Below are positions 1-9,258 of a stretch of DNA of 64,000 nucleotides, piece by piece. Both the position numbers and the translations under genes were made by a program. The notes beneath the pieces are model-generated. The model ran no database searches. It was not told where the DNA came from and saw nothing but the letters and a program-made list of their open reading frames with translations. Source of the stretch: Myxococcota bacterium. Its GTDB lineage: Bacteria; Myxococcota_A; UBA796; SXON01. The stretch lies in assembly GCA_049322475.1 (NCBI GenBank), contig JBMOQZ010000316.1:918-64917 (forward strand), written 5' to 3'. Positions within the stretch are counted from its first letter, which is position 1. Every line of letters begins with the position of its first letter.

Positions 1-906
1 CGAGACCTGGAGCGCCGCGCGCGGAGCCTCGCCCGCGAGATCGGCGGCGAGCACCTCCGGGACTGGGCCGAGCGCGCGGTCCCCGAAGCGGCCCGCGGCC
101 GCGAGACCGAGACCGACGCCCTCTGCGGGCTCGAGTTCACCGAGCAGGCCGGCGAGTCCGACGCCGAGTTCGCGGTGTTCCGCTCGGGACCCCACCTGTC
201 GCTGGAGGGGGGCGGCCTCGCGCCCGTCTCGCCGCCGAAGGCGCCCACCCAGCCGCCGCCCGTGGCGCCGCCCCCGCCGTCGCCCACCTTCCACCCCGCC
301 GACCCCCCGCGCGCCGCGCCGCCCGCGCCCACGCGCGATCCCTTCGCCGATCCCGAGCCCACTTCCTCGCGATGGCCCCTCGTGGCGCTCGGGGTCGTGG
401 CGCTCGCGCTCGTCGGCGTCGGCGTCATGGGCTTCGGCGCGACGGCGTGGTGGTGGACCTCGGCGGAGCCCGAGGCGCCCGTCGCGACGGACACGCCGCC
501 CGCGCGGGTGGAGGTCCCGCCGGAGCCGCCGCCGGCGGAGCCCGCGGAACAGCTCGCGCCCACCCCCACGCCCGCCCGCGCCACGCCGAAGAAGGCCACC
601 GCGGCCACGCCCGTCGTGGCACCCGCGCCGGAGCCCACCCGGGTCGCCGTGGAGGCGGTCCCGGCGACCGTCGAGGTCCAGCCTCCCGAGCCGGCGCGCG
701 TCGACGTCACGGGCGACGCCTCCGTGGTGCGCCTCCTCGACGGCGCGGGGAAGAGCTGGTCCCCCGGGAGCGTGCCTCCGGGCGCCTACACGGTGGTGGC
801 CACGTTCCCCGACGGGGTGGCCTCGCCGCCGCTCCCCCTCACCCTCGGGCCGGGCGGAGCGGCTCGGGTGAAATGCTCGCAGTCGTTCGCCCGCTGCGTC
901 CAGTAG
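1..906 (+). CDS. Proline-rich single-pass membrane protein, 5'-partial (continues upstream of window)
   Basis: Frame 1 is open from the window edge to the stop at 904-906. The track start at 175 is an internal GTG. The product has a Pro-rich linker, one TM helix (WPLVALGVVALALVGVGVMGFG) and a beta-rich C-terminal segment (PGAYTVVATFPDG, PEGA-like). Confidence 0.55.
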   Translation, partial: RDLERRARSLAREIGGEHLRDWAERAVPEAARGRETETDALCGLEFTEQAGESDAEFAVFRSGPHLSLEGGGLAPVSPPKAPTQPPPVAPPPPSPTFHPADPPRAAPPAPTRDPFADPEPTSSRWPLVALGVVALALVGVGVMGFGATAWWWTSAEPEAPVATDTPPARVEVPPEPPPAEPAEQLAPTPTPARATPKKATAATPVVAPAPEPTRVAVEAVPATVEVQPPEPARVDVTGDASVVRLLDGAGKSWSPGSVPPGAYTVVATFPDGVASPPLPLTLGPGGAARVKCSQSFARCVQ

Positions 907-938
907 CGGATACGCTCGCGTCCGAACGGAGGCCCCGC

Positions 939-1775
939 ATGTCCGTCCTGGTCCTGTTCTCGGTCCCCTCTGCGCACGCCGCATGCGAGAGGGCTGCGAC
1001 CGAAGGTGACCTCGACGCGCTCGCGGGAGCGGCGGAGCGCGCCTACGCCGAGCTCGACGAGCCGGGCTTCCGCGCCGCCACGTCGGGGATCGACGCCGGC
1101 CTCGCGTGCGTCGGCGAGGTGCTGTCGCCCGAGCTGATCGCCCGCCTCCACCGCGTCGAGGGGCTCGGCGCCTGGCTCGCGAAGAAGGCCGACCGCACGA
1201 CCCTCGCGTTCGCCGCCGCGAAGGTGGCGCAGCCGGCCTACCGCTTCCCGGACTGGCTGCCGGCCGCGTCCCCGGAGCGCGCCGCCTACGAGCGCGCGCC
1301 CACCACCCAGCCCGACCGGGTCCCGCTGCCGCCGCCAGCCGACGGCCGGCTCTACGTCGACGGCATCGCGATGCCCGACCGTCCGGCCACCTGGCCCTAC
1401 GTGTTGCAGGTGGTCGACGACGCCGGCGTACCGCGCACCTCCGCGTACCTCTGGCCCGACGAGCCCCTTCCCGCCTACCCCGCCGTCGCGGCCACGCCCG
1501 CGCCGGGGCCGAAGAAGGCCGGCCGCGCCGCGCCGGTCGCCGCGCTCGCGGCCTCGCTGGCCGCGACCGTCGCCGGCTCGGCCCTCTACGGGAGCGCTTG
1601 GTGGGCGGCCTCGCAGGACGGGTACGGCGCGTTGATCGACGCGCGTGATCCCGGCGCGAACGCCTACTACGACGAGCACGTCCGACCCCGCGCCACGATC
1701 GGCCTCTCCCTCGCGATCGCCGGCGGCGTCGCCACCGCCGGTTCGGGCGCGTGGCTGGCGCTCTCCGGTCGCTGA
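939..1775 (+). CDS. Hypothetical secreted/membrane-anchored protein
   Basis: ATG 939 lies in the frame of track ORF 372..1775. The N-terminus is signal-like (MSVLVLFSVPSAHAAC) and there is a C-terminal TM (IGLSLAIAGGVATAGSGAWLAL). The upstream part of the track ORF is an Arg/Gly-rich artefact overlapping the previous gene. Confidence 0.6.
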   Translation: MSVLVLFSVPSAHAACERAATEGDLDALAGAAERAYAELDEPGFRAATSGIDAGLACVGEVLSPELIARLHRVEGLGAWLAKKADRTTLAFAAAKVAQPAYRFPDWLPAASPERAAYERAPTTQPDRVPLPPPADGRLYVDGIAMPDRPATWPYVLQVVDDAGVPRTSAYLWPDEPLPAYPAVAATPAPGPKKAGRAAPVAALAASLAATVAGSALYGSAWWAASQDGYGALIDARDPGANAYYDEHVRPRATIGLSLAIAGGVATAGSGAWLALSGR

Positions 1776-1797
1776 ACCCGTCCCACTCGGAGCCACC

Positions 1798-3375
1798 ATG
1801 CCCCTGATCACCCTGCTGATGGCCTGCCCCCCCTCGCCGCCCGAGCCCACCGCGTACGACGACGGATACGCGGCCGGGTACGCGAAGGCCGAGGAGGACT
1901 TCGAGGCGCGGATCGCCGCGCTGGAGGCGAGCGACTCGACCCAGGACGAGGCGATCGCCGCGCTGGAGGCGGACGTGGCCGGCATCTCGACCGACGGCTT
2001 CGCCACGAGCGAGGACCTCGCCGCCCTCGAGTCGCGGGTAGCCGCGACCGAACAGGGCCTCCTCGGCGAGACGTCGGATCGGGAGGCCGCGGACGGCGAG
2101 CTCGACGCCCGGGTCACGGACCTCGAGGCCGCGGTGGGCACGCTGGAGGACGACGTCGCCTCCATCCTCGTGGACTACGCCACCGAAGCCTGGGTGACGG
2201 CCACCTACGCCACGCTCACGGAGCTGGCGACGGCGGAGGCCACGCTCGACGCCCTCGACGACGACATCGCCGCCGTGGCCGCCGACCTCGGCACCGTCAC
2301 CGCCGACCTCGACGCCCTCGAGCTCGCCGCGGACGGGGTCGACGACCTGCTCGCCTACGTGGAGGTCGACACCGCCGCGGACGCGGTGAAGTTCGTCGGC
2401 GCCAACGTGTTCGTCCAGAGCGGGGCCGGGTCGACCGAGGCCGTGATCAACGGGCTCGGGAACCTGATCCTCGGCTACAACGAGGACACCTCGGGGTTCG
2501 CGCGGGACGGCTCCCACAACCTCGTGGTGGGCGCCGACCTCGGCTGGCACGGCTACGGCGCCATCGTCAGCGGCGTGCACAACTACGTCGCCTCCAACTA
2601 CGGCGCCGCGATCGGCGGGGCCTACAACGAGGCCGGCGAGCAGTACGCGGTGGCGGTCGGTGGCACCGGGAACACGGCCAGCGGCCAGTTCGCGGTCGCG
2701 GCGGGCGGGGCGGCCAACGAGGCCCAGGGATACGCCACGCTGGTCGCCGGCGGGTACGACAACTACGCGGGCTCGACCACGATCTCCACGGAGTACGCGG
2801 TCGCCCTGGGCGGGCAGGGCAACGTCGTGGCCGACGGGACCGCGCTCGTCGCCGGCGGCTACCAGAACACCGTCGAGAACGACTACGCCTCCGCGTTCGG
2901 CGGCAGCGGCAACTCCGTCACCGGCGGGTACGCGGCCGCCGTGGGCGGCTACGGGAACAGCGTGACCGGCGACTACGCGGGAGCGTTCAGCGGGCATGCG
3001 AACACCGCCTCCGGCCTCTACTCCTCCGTCACCGGCGGCGACGCGAACAGCGCGACCTATGTCGCGGCGTCGGTAACTGGCGGCAAGCAGAACACGGCCG
3101 GCTGGGAGTACGCGACCGTGACGGGCGGCCAGTACAACACCGCCGGCGACAGCACCTCCGGCGGCTACGCCTCGGCGATCGTCGGCGGCCAGGGCAACTA
3201 CACGCAGGCGGCGCACGGCACTGTGGTGGGTGGCTACGCCAACTACGCACAGTCGTCCCACGGCGCGATCCTGGGGGGCTACGGCACCACCACCGAGCAC
3301 GCCTACGCGACGATTCTCGGCGGATATGCAAGCCGTACCGGTGCGAACTACGACATCGGTCCCGACAGCTGGTGA
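1798..3375 (+). CDS. Lipoprotein with N-terminal coiled-coil-like region and 16 C-terminal 15-residue GG-x-x-N repeats (YadA-head / Hep_Hag-like beta-roll)
   Basis: ATG 1798 lies in the frame of track ORF 1645..3375. There is a lipobox (MPLITLLMAC) and heptad-like AALEA/DLEA segments. Residues encoded by about 2611..3345 repeat as GGxxNxAxGxxAxVx. Confidence 0.75.
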   Translation: MPLITLLMACPPSPPEPTAYDDGYAAGYAKAEEDFEARIAALEASDSTQDEAIAALEADVAGISTDGFATSEDLAALESRVAATEQGLLGETSDREAADGELDARVTDLEAAVGTLEDDVASILVDYATEAWVTATYATLTELATAEATLDALDDDIAAVAADLGTVTADLDALELAADGVDDLLAYVEVDTAADAVKFVGANVFVQSGAGSTEAVINGLGNLILGYNEDTSGFARDGSHNLVVGADLGWHGYGAIVSGVHNYVASNYGAAIGGAYNEAGEQYAVAVGGTGNTASGQFAVAAGGAANEAQGYATLVAGGYDNYAGSTTISTEYAVALGGQGNVVADGTALVAGGYQNTVENDYASAFGGSGNSVTGGYAAAVGGYGNSVTGDYAGAFSGHANTASGLYSSVTGGDANSATYVAASVTGGKQNTAGWEYATVTGGQYNTAGDSTSGGYASAIVGGQGNYTQAAHGTVVGGYANYAQSSHGAILGGYGTTTEHAYATILGGYASRTGANYDIGPDSW

Positions 3376-3417
3376 CACACGAGATGTGTCGAAACACACC
3401 TGATGTGTCGACACATC
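3373..3417. terminator. Cluster of GACACA/TGTGTC hairpins, including a perfect 16-bp palindrome GATGTGTCGACACATC (3402..3417), between convergent genes
   Basis: Read directly: GACACA(3374-79)/TGTGTC(3385-90) and the palindrome at 3402-3417. It is an AT-richer island wedged exactly between two stop codons. There is no U-tract, so terminator function is inferred only from position. Confidence 0.4.
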
Positions 3418-4164
3418 TCACCCGTGTATCAGCCCCCACCCCAGCTTCATCAACATCCCCGTCACCACCACCACGAACACGCTCCGCACGAAGCCCGCGC
3501 CCTTCGCGAGCGCGAGCCGCGTCCCGATCTGCGACCCGGCCACGTTGCACACCGCCATCGGCAACGCGAGCTCCCAGCGGATGACGCCCGCCGCCGCGAA
3601 CGCCACGATCGCCGCGAGGTTCGTCGCGACGTTCACGAGCTTCGCCGACGCGGAGGCGCCGAGGAAGTCGAGGCCGCACAACGCGACGAAGCCGAAGAGC
3701 AGGAAGCTCCCGGTGCCCGGGCCGAAGAAGCCGTCGTAGATCCCGAGCCCGGCGCCCATCGCCGCCGCGCCCGCCGGGCCGATCCGCGGCGCCGCGGGCT
3801 GCCCGAAGTCCTTCTTCGCGAGCGTGTAGGCGAGCACCGCCGCGAGGAGCACCACCACGACCGGGCGTAGCCACTCCGTGGGGAGCTGCGTCGCGAGGCG
3901 CGCGCCCCCGAACGAGCCCACGAACGCCGCGACGGCCGCGGGCCCGGCCGCGCGCCAGGGGATCGCCACGCTGCCCGCGTACTTCCACAAGGCCGCCGCC
4001 GTCCCCGCGACGCTCGCCACCTTGTTGGTCCCGAGCATCGTCGGGACCGCGGCCTCCGGGTACAACACCAGCAGGGCCGGCAGCTGCACGAGCCCGCCGC
4101 CCCCGGCGACGGCGTCGACGAACCCCGCGAGGAAGGCGGCGGCGCAGGCGAGGAGGACGAGCAT
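3418..4164 (-). CDS. TauE/SafE family sulfite/anion exporter (DUF81) membrane protein
   Basis: 248-aa polytopic membrane protein. It has the family-typical GFVDAVAGGGGL N-terminus and internal GIYDGFFGPGTGSF motif. ATG at 4164. Confidence 0.9.
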   Translation of the reverse strand: MLVLLACAAAFLAGFVDAVAGGGGLVQLPALLVLYPEAAVPTMLGTNKVASVAGTAAALWKYAGSVAIPWRAAGPAAVAAFVGSFGGARLATQLPTEWLRPVVVVLLAAVLAYTLAKKDFGQPAAPRIGPAGAAAMGAGLGIYDGFFGPGTGSFLLFGFVALCGLDFLGASASAKLVNVATNLAAIVAFAAAGVIRWELALPMAVCNVAGSQIGTRLALAKGAGFVRSVFVVVVTGMLMKLGWGLIHG

Positions 4165-4194
4165 CGCGCGCCCGGCAGGCTACCATGCGGGCCG

Positions 4195-5055
4195 ATGACC
4201 TCCCGGGCCGACCTCTTCCGCGTGCTGGGCGATCCCAGCCGCCTGCGCATCCTCGCCCTGCTCGGGCGCGAGGAGCTGTCGGTGTCGGAGCTGCAGGACG
4301 TGCTGGGCCTCGGGCAGTCCACGGTGAGCGGGCACCTTGCGCAGCTGCGTCGGGCCGGGCTCGTCGCCACGCGGCGCGACGGGATGCACACACGCTCGGT
4401 GGTCGCGGTGCCCGACGGCGAGGCCGAGCTCGTGCGGCTCGCGACCTCCACGCCGCTCTCGGAGGCGGACCGCCTCGCGCTCGACCGCGTGCTCGCCGCC
4501 CGCGAGGCCCCCGCGCCCGAGGGGCTCGGGCCCGACTACCTCCCCGGGCGCTCGTGGGAGGCCTTCGCGCACCTGCTGCTGGCGCTCGTGCCGCCGCTGC
4601 GCGTCGCCGACCTCGGCGTGGGCACCGGCCGCCTCACGCAGCTCCTCGCGCAGGGCGCGCGCCGGTGCGTCGCGATCGACCGCGATCCCGCCGCGCTCGC
4701 GGCGCTCCCCGCGTCGATCGAGCGGCGGCTCGGGTCCCTGGAGGACCCGCCGCTCACCCCGGGCGAGGTCGACCTCGTCGTGCTCTCCCAGTCGCTCCAC
4801 TGCGTCGCCGACCCGCTCGCCACGCTGCGGCGTTGCCGCGACGCCCTCGCCGAAGGGGGCCGGATCGCCGTGCTGGACCTCGCCCCCCACGAGCACGCCT
4901 GGGTGCGCCCCCGCCTCGGGCACCAGCACCTCGGGTTCGCCGACCTCGCGGGCCTCCTCCGCGAGGCCGGGTTCCGCGACGTGACCTGCGACGTCGTCCA
5001 CCGTGACCGCCGGGCGCCCGCGTTCACAACGCTCCTCGCCACCGGCCTGCGCTAG
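4195..5055 (+). CDS. ArsR-family HTH regulator fused to a SAM-dependent methyltransferase domain
   Basis: N-terminal ArsR wHTH (LGDPSRLRILALL...SVSELQDVLGLGQSTVSGHLAQLRRAGLV). C-terminal class I MTase motif I (VADLGVGTGRL). Divergent from TauE with only a 30-bp gap. Confidence 0.9.
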   Translation: MTSRADLFRVLGDPSRLRILALLGREELSVSELQDVLGLGQSTVSGHLAQLRRAGLVATRRDGMHTRSVVAVPDGEAELVRLATSTPLSEADRLALDRVLAAREAPAPEGLGPDYLPGRSWEAFAHLLLALVPPLRVADLGVGTGRLTQLLAQGARRCVAIDRDPAALAALPASIERRLGSLEDPPLTPGEVDLVVLSQSLHCVADPLATLRRCRDALAEGGRIAVLDLAPHEHAWVRPRLGHQHLGFADLAGLLREAGFRDVTCDVVHRDRRAPAFTTLLATGLR

Positions 5056-5126
5056 TTGCCCCTCAAGTCCGGCGAGGGGCGACCGATGGCTGGGACGCTG
5101 GCGGAACAGACCGCCCCGGAGGCAGG

Positions 5127-6407
5127 ATGACGAGCATGATGTTCCTGGTGGGTTGCCTCGAGGCCCCCACGGTCGAGGTGGTCGAGGTCTCGACGGAGCC
5201 GGGCCCCGCGACGTCCGCGGTGGTCCGATGGACCACCGGCGAGCCCGTGGTGGGGTGCGTGGACTACGGCAACGGCGAGGACCTCACGATGCGCAGCGCG
5301 TGCGACGCGAGCCCCACCCGCGAGCACGAGGCCACGCTCTGGGGGCTCCACGCCGACGGCACGCGCCCGTACGCGATCGTGTCGATGGTGGACGGCGACA
5401 CCTTCGCCGACGAGCTGCGCGCCGTGGAGACCGAGCCCTTGCCGGCGGGCCTGCCGACGTTCTCCGTCGAGCAGGACGGCGAGCTCCCCGGCTGGGCGCT
5501 CGTGAGCTGGGCCGACATGTCCGACGGCGACAGCGGCGTGGTCGCCGTCGACGCCGCCGGCGAGGTGGTCTGGTGGTGGTTCTCGGAGGAGGGCCTCGTC
5601 GAGTGGGCCGCGCCGCTCCCCGACGGGGCCGGCATCCGTGCCATGACGGTCACGCACAGCCGACCCGAGGGCAACGGGCTCGTCACGCTGCCCTACGCCG
5701 GCGACGCGCGCGAGACCCCCTTCGCCGGCGTGCACCACGCCGCGACACACGGCGTCCCCGGCGCCGCGTACGCCGCGCTCGTGTACGAGACGCGCGAGGT
5801 CGAGGGCTTCGGAACGGTCGTCGGCGACACCATCGTCGAGGTCGGCGAGGACGGGGCCACGCGCGTCGCGTGGAGCGCCTTCGACACGCTGGAGGTCACG
5901 ACGCATCCCGGGTGGGGCGCCGGCGACTGGACCCACGCCAACGGGCTCACGTACGACCCCGCGACGGACAGCTACCTCGTCTCGCTGTACTGGCTGAACC
6001 AGGTCGTCCGCGTCGACCGCGCCACCGGCGAGATCGCGTGGACGCTCGGCACGGGCGGCGACCTCGTCCCGGACGACCCCTTCGTCCACCAGCACACCCC
6101 CGCCGTCGCCGACGGCGACGTGGTGGTCTTCGACAACCACCCCGGCGGGGTCGCTCGCGTCGCCCGCTACGCGGTGGACGAGGAGGCCGGCGACGCGGTG
6201 CTGGTGGAGTCCTTCCCGGACCCCGGCGGACGCAGCGCCACGGTGATGGGCGACGTCGAGGTGCTCGACGACGGGCGGATCCTGTCCGCCTGGGGCGACG
6301 TCGGGACGGTCCGCCTGACGGACGGCGACGAGCTCGTCTGGGGTGTGGAGAAGGACGACGCGAGCGTCGTCACGATGAAGGCGCGGCTGATCACGTCGTT
6401 CGAGTGA
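5127..6407 (+). CDS. Arylsulfotransferase (ASST)-family beta-propeller lipoprotein
   Basis: ATG 5127 is preceded by GGAGG. There is a lipobox (MMFLVGC). The N-terminal FN3-like segment and later HHAATH / DWTHANG / VHQHTP motifs resemble the ASST family. Assignment is by eye. Confidence 0.65.
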   Translation: MTSMMFLVGCLEAPTVEVVEVSTEPGPATSAVVRWTTGEPVVGCVDYGNGEDLTMRSACDASPTREHEATLWGLHADGTRPYAIVSMVDGDTFADELRAVETEPLPAGLPTFSVEQDGELPGWALVSWADMSDGDSGVVAVDAAGEVVWWWFSEEGLVEWAAPLPDGAGIRAMTVTHSRPEGNGLVTLPYAGDARETPFAGVHHAATHGVPGAAYAALVYETREVEGFGTVVGDTIVEVGEDGATRVAWSAFDTLEVTTHPGWGAGDWTHANGLTYDPATDSYLVSLYWLNQVVRVDRATGEIAWTLGTGGDLVPDDPFVHQHTPAVADGDVVVFDNHPGGVARVARYAVDEEAGDAVLVESFPDPGGRSATVMGDVEVLDDGRILSAWGDVGTVRLTDGDELVWGVEKDDASVVTMKARLITSFE

Positions 6408-6834
6408 CGTCCCCGTCGGCGTCCGCCGGCCGCGTCGGCACGCGCAGGAGCAGCCACGCGGTCACGCCGACCGCGCTCGCGAGGAGCACGCCGACACACG
6501 CGTACCACCGGGGCGTCGGCCCCCACGCGGCGTACAGGGTGGACCCCGAGATCGGCGCCGTCGCCCACAGGACCGCGAGCGTGCCGGCCTTCGCGCGCGC
6601 GGGCACGCCGCGGCCGCCCTCCCAGTCGCGCAGGTAGCGCCCGAGGAGCGCGTGCTCGCGCAGCCAGCGGTGCAACCGCGCCGAGCTCCGCACGAAGCAG
6701 GCCGCCGAGAGCAACACGAACGGCGTGGTCGGCAGGAGCGGCAGGAATATCCCGAGCACTCCCAGCGCGAGAGACACGATCCCGACGACGATCAGCAGCG
6801 GGCGCACGAGGCGGGACAGGGGCGGAGCCTCCAC
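6391..6834 (-). CDS. YbaN/DUF454 family inner-membrane protein
   Basis: The core [35 protein letters not shown] is the DUF454 signature. I prefer GTG 6834 because it matches the usual family length. In-frame ATG 6930 and the track start 6978 remain possible. Confidence 0.75.
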   Translation of the reverse strand: MEAPPLSRLVRPLLIVVGIVSLALGVLGIFLPLLPTTPFVLLSAACFVRSSARLHRWLREHALLGRYLRDWEGGRGVPARAKAGTLAVLWATAPISGSTLYAAWGPTPRWYACVGVLLASAVGVTAWLLLRVPTRPADADGDVTRTT

Positions 6835-6966
6835 CCCAACCGTAGCCCCCGCGGCGGGGCGCGGCCCGAGATTCCCACGGCGCGATGGGCGCGTGCTGCC
6901 CGCGTGAACCGGTTCGCCGCGCCGCCGCATCGGCGCGAAGTCGTGGAGCGGATGCTCGGCGGCGGC

Positions 6967-6996
6967 TGACACACCCACACGTGTCGCGATGTGTCA
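6967..6996. repeat. Palindromic element TGACACA-N16-TGTGTCA with nested ACACGTGT, related to the element at 3373..3417
   Basis: Read directly. It lies downstream of the hxlR-like stop (7025) and upstream of the ybaN-like gene. It shares TGACACAC and GATGTGTC words with 3373..3417. Confidence 0.35.
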
Positions 6997-7024
6997 CCGC
7001 GGCGCGTCCGGGTGCGCTCTCGGC

Positions 7025-7459
7025 TCACGGCTCCTCGGCGACGCAGGCGTCCTCGTGCACCTCGCGGGCGGTCGCCGCCTCCGGGCTCGCGGCGAGGAGC
7101 GCGCGCCCCCACGCCTCGAGCGAGCGCGCGACGTCGCCGAAGCCGCGCCCGGCGTCCGTGAGCTCGTACTCGACGCGCACGGGCGTGCTCGGGATGACGT
7201 GCCGCGCGATCACGCCGGCCGCCTCGAGCTCCTTCAGCCGGCACGCGAGCATCCGGTCCCCGATCGCGCCGACGCGGGCGGAGAGCTCGGTGAAACGCTT
7301 GGGCCCCTCCTCCAGCGCCGTGAGGATGCGGCCCGTCCACGGGCGGCCGAGCAGGTCCATCGCCGCCTGGAAGGCCGGGCACAGGTGCTCGCTCGGGGCG
7401 CGGTGCATGAGCAGATCCTGCCTCCCCGCGCGCGCTTCGGCAAGAAACTTCTTTTTCAT
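7025..7459 (-). CDS. HxlR-family winged-helix transcriptional regulator
   Basis: [23 protein letters not shown]...RFTEL...[19 protein letters not shown]...RVEYELT is the HxlR pattern. The alternative start ATG 7408 ([11 protein letters not shown]) is equally plausible. Confidence 0.85.
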   Translation of the reverse strand: MKKKFLAEARAGRQDLLMHRAPSEHLCPAFQAAMDLLGRPWTGRILTALEEGPKRFTELSARVGAIGDRMLACRLKELEAAGVIARHVIPSTPVRVEYELTDAGRGFGDVARSLEAWGRALLAASPEAATAREVHEDACVAEEP

Positions 7460-7532
7460 AAGTACCTTGCCGGACGGAAGCCATGCACGTACAGTTCAGA
7501 AGTCGCTTCCATTTCAGAAGCCGGAGGTTCCG
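7460..7532. promoter_or_regulatory. Divergent promoter/operator region between the HxlR regulator and the OYE reductase
   Basis: AT-richer 73-bp gap. It holds an inverted repeat GGAAGC(7476-81)/GCTTCC(7505-10), a direct repeat TTCAGAAG (7495, 7513), and GGAGG before ATG 7533. Function is inferred from the common HxlR-oxidoreductase arrangement. Confidence 0.35.
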
Positions 7533-8594
7533 ATGTCCACCCAGCCGCTCCTCGCCCCCTACACCCTCGGGGACCTGCCTCTCCCGAACCGCATGGTCAT
7601 GGCGCCGATGACGCGCTCGCGTGCCGGCGCCGGGCGCGTCCCCACCGCGATCACCGCGACGTACTACGCACAGCGCGCCTCGGCGGGCCTCATCGTCACC
7701 GAGGGCACGCAGGTCAGCGAGCAGGGCATCGGCTACGTCCGCACGCCGGGCATCCACACCGAGGCGCAGATCGCCGGCTGGCGCGACGTCACCGACGCGG
7801 TCCACGCCGCCGGGGGCCGCATCTTCGCGCAGCTCTGGCACGTGGGTCGGGCGTCGCACAGCTCCTTCCAGCCCGGCGGCGACGCGCCCGTCGCGCCCTC
7901 GCCGATCCGCATCGAGGGCCAGACCTGGACCGAGCGCGGGCAGGAGCCGTTCAGCGAGCCCCGCGCGCTCGGCATCGCCGAGATCCCGGGCGTGGTCGCC
8001 CAGTTCGCCCACGCGGCGCGGGCCGCGAGGGACGCCGGCTTCGACGGGGTCGAGCTGCACGGCGCGAACGGCTACCTCATCGACCAGTTCCTGCGCGACG
8101 GCGCCAACCACCGCACCGACGCCTACGGCGGCCCCGTGGCGAACCGCGCCCGCTTCCTGCTCGAGCTCGTCGAGGCGGTGACCGGGGTGTGGCCGAACGA
8201 GCGCGTCGGCGTGCGCCTCTCCCCCACCGGCACCTTCAACGGCATGTCCGACTCCGACCCGCGCGCGCTCTTCGCGCACGTGGGCCGCGCGCTCGACGGG
8301 AAGGTCGTCTACGTCCACCTCGTCGAGCCGGCGAAGGACGAGCCCGTGTTCGCCCGCATCTTCCGCGAGGCCTTCGGCGGCGCGCTGATCCTCAACGGCG
8401 GCTACGACCGCGACGCGGGCAACCGCGCGCTCGCGGACCGCGCGGGGGACCTCGTCGCCTACGGGGTGCCCTTCCTCGCGAACCCGGACCTCGTCCGCCG
8501 GTTCGCCGACGGCCTCGGTCTCAACCGCCCGGACCCGGCGCGCTTCTACACGCCCGGGCCCGAGGGCTACATCGACTACCCGCAAGCCGGGTAG
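7533..8594 (+). CDS. Old Yellow Enzyme family NADH:flavin oxidoreductase (N-ethylmaleimide reductase-like)
   Basis: ATG 7533 lies in the frame of track ORF 6885..8594. Motifs: [50 protein letters not shown]. Confidence 0.9.
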   Translation: MSTQPLLAPYTLGDLPLPNRMVMAPMTRSRAGAGRVPTAITATYYAQRASAGLIVTEGTQVSEQGIGYVRTPGIHTEAQIAGWRDVTDAVHAAGGRIFAQLWHVGRASHSSFQPGGDAPVAPSPIRIEGQTWTERGQEPFSEPRALGIAEIPGVVAQFAHAARAARDAGFDGVELHGANGYLIDQFLRDGANHRTDAYGGPVANRARFLLELVEAVTGVWPNERVGVRLSPTGTFNGMSDSDPRALFAHVGRALDGKVVYVHLVEPAKDEPVFARIFREAFGGALILNGGYDRDAGNRALADRAGDLVAYGVPFLANPDLVRRFADGLGLNRPDPARFYTPGPEGYIDYPQAG

Positions 8595-8627
8595 CGGGCG
8601 GATCGGAGGTCGGTCGGGTCGGAGGCG

Positions 8628-8674
8628 GGCGGCGTAGCGCCCGGGGCGCGCCCGGAGTCGTGCGTTACGCCGCC
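8628..8674 (+). terminator. Long imperfect GC hairpin (GGCGGCGTAGCGC ... GCGTTACGCCGCC) between the OYE gene and the next CDS
   Basis: The arms were read directly (12 of 13 bp pair). It ends 3 nt before ATG 8678. There is no U-tract, so it could be a terminator or a translation-masking structure. Confidence 0.3.
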
Positions 8675-8677
8675 CGC

Positions 8678-9253
8678 ATGCCCCCGACTCCCTGGCTGGA
8701 AGCGCGTGTGCCCGACACCTCCGCCTACGTCGCGACGTTCGACGCCCGAGCGCACCGGTCTCCCGCCGAGGGCGACCTCACCGGGGGGACCTTCGCGTTC
8801 GGGAGCCCGATCGTCGTGGAGGAGGTCGGCCCGTCCGTGACGGTCGGCGCCCGGGCGGTGCGCTGGTACCGCGTGCGCGGGCCGGGGATCGGCGGCTGGG
8901 TCCGCGGAGACCAGCTGACGGACGTGGCCCTCTCGAACACGGAGGAGGGGTGCGTGTCGTGCGAGCCCAACCTCGACGACGACGACAGCAGCGAGACGAT
9001 CACGCTCGCCTGGCGCGACGACCGCCACCTCGTCGTCCGCCTGAGAGAGTCCTCGCGCCGGGCCACCCGAGAGACGCTGGACCTCGGCGCATTCCCGGCG
9101 ACCCTCGATCGCGCCGCCGCCTCCGTCGTGGAGGAAGCCGGCGCCGAGCTCGTCCGCGTCGACGTCACGGGCCCGGGCCCCGGCGCGGTGACGATCTGGG
9201 CGAGCTGGGTCGACGACACGCTGAAGGAGGCGAAGCGCGACGCGGGACCGTAG
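8678..9253 (+). CDS. Hypothetical protein (SH3b-like N-terminal segment)
   Basis: ATG 8678 lies in the frame of track ORF 6989..9253. The composition is protein-like ([20 protein letters not shown]). No family was recognised. Confidence 0.55.
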   Translation: MPPTPWLEARVPDTSAYVATFDARAHRSPAEGDLTGGTFAFGSPIVVEEVGPSVTVGARAVRWYRVRGPGIGGWVRGDQLTDVALSNTEEGCVSCEPNLDDDDSSETITLAWRDDRHLVVRLRESSRRATRETLDLGAFPATLDRAAASVVEEAGAELVRVDVTGPGPGAVTIWASWVDDTLKEAKRDAGP

Positions 9254-9258
9254 GAGGC

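Noticed and set aside
5003-6637. 544-aa plus-strand ORF and 362-aa minus-strand ORF (5052..6140) overlapping the arylsulfotransferase-like gene
   Set aside because: Their translations are low-complexity and Arg/Gly-rich. The 5127..6407 frame has a lipobox, an RBS-like GGAGG and balanced composition.
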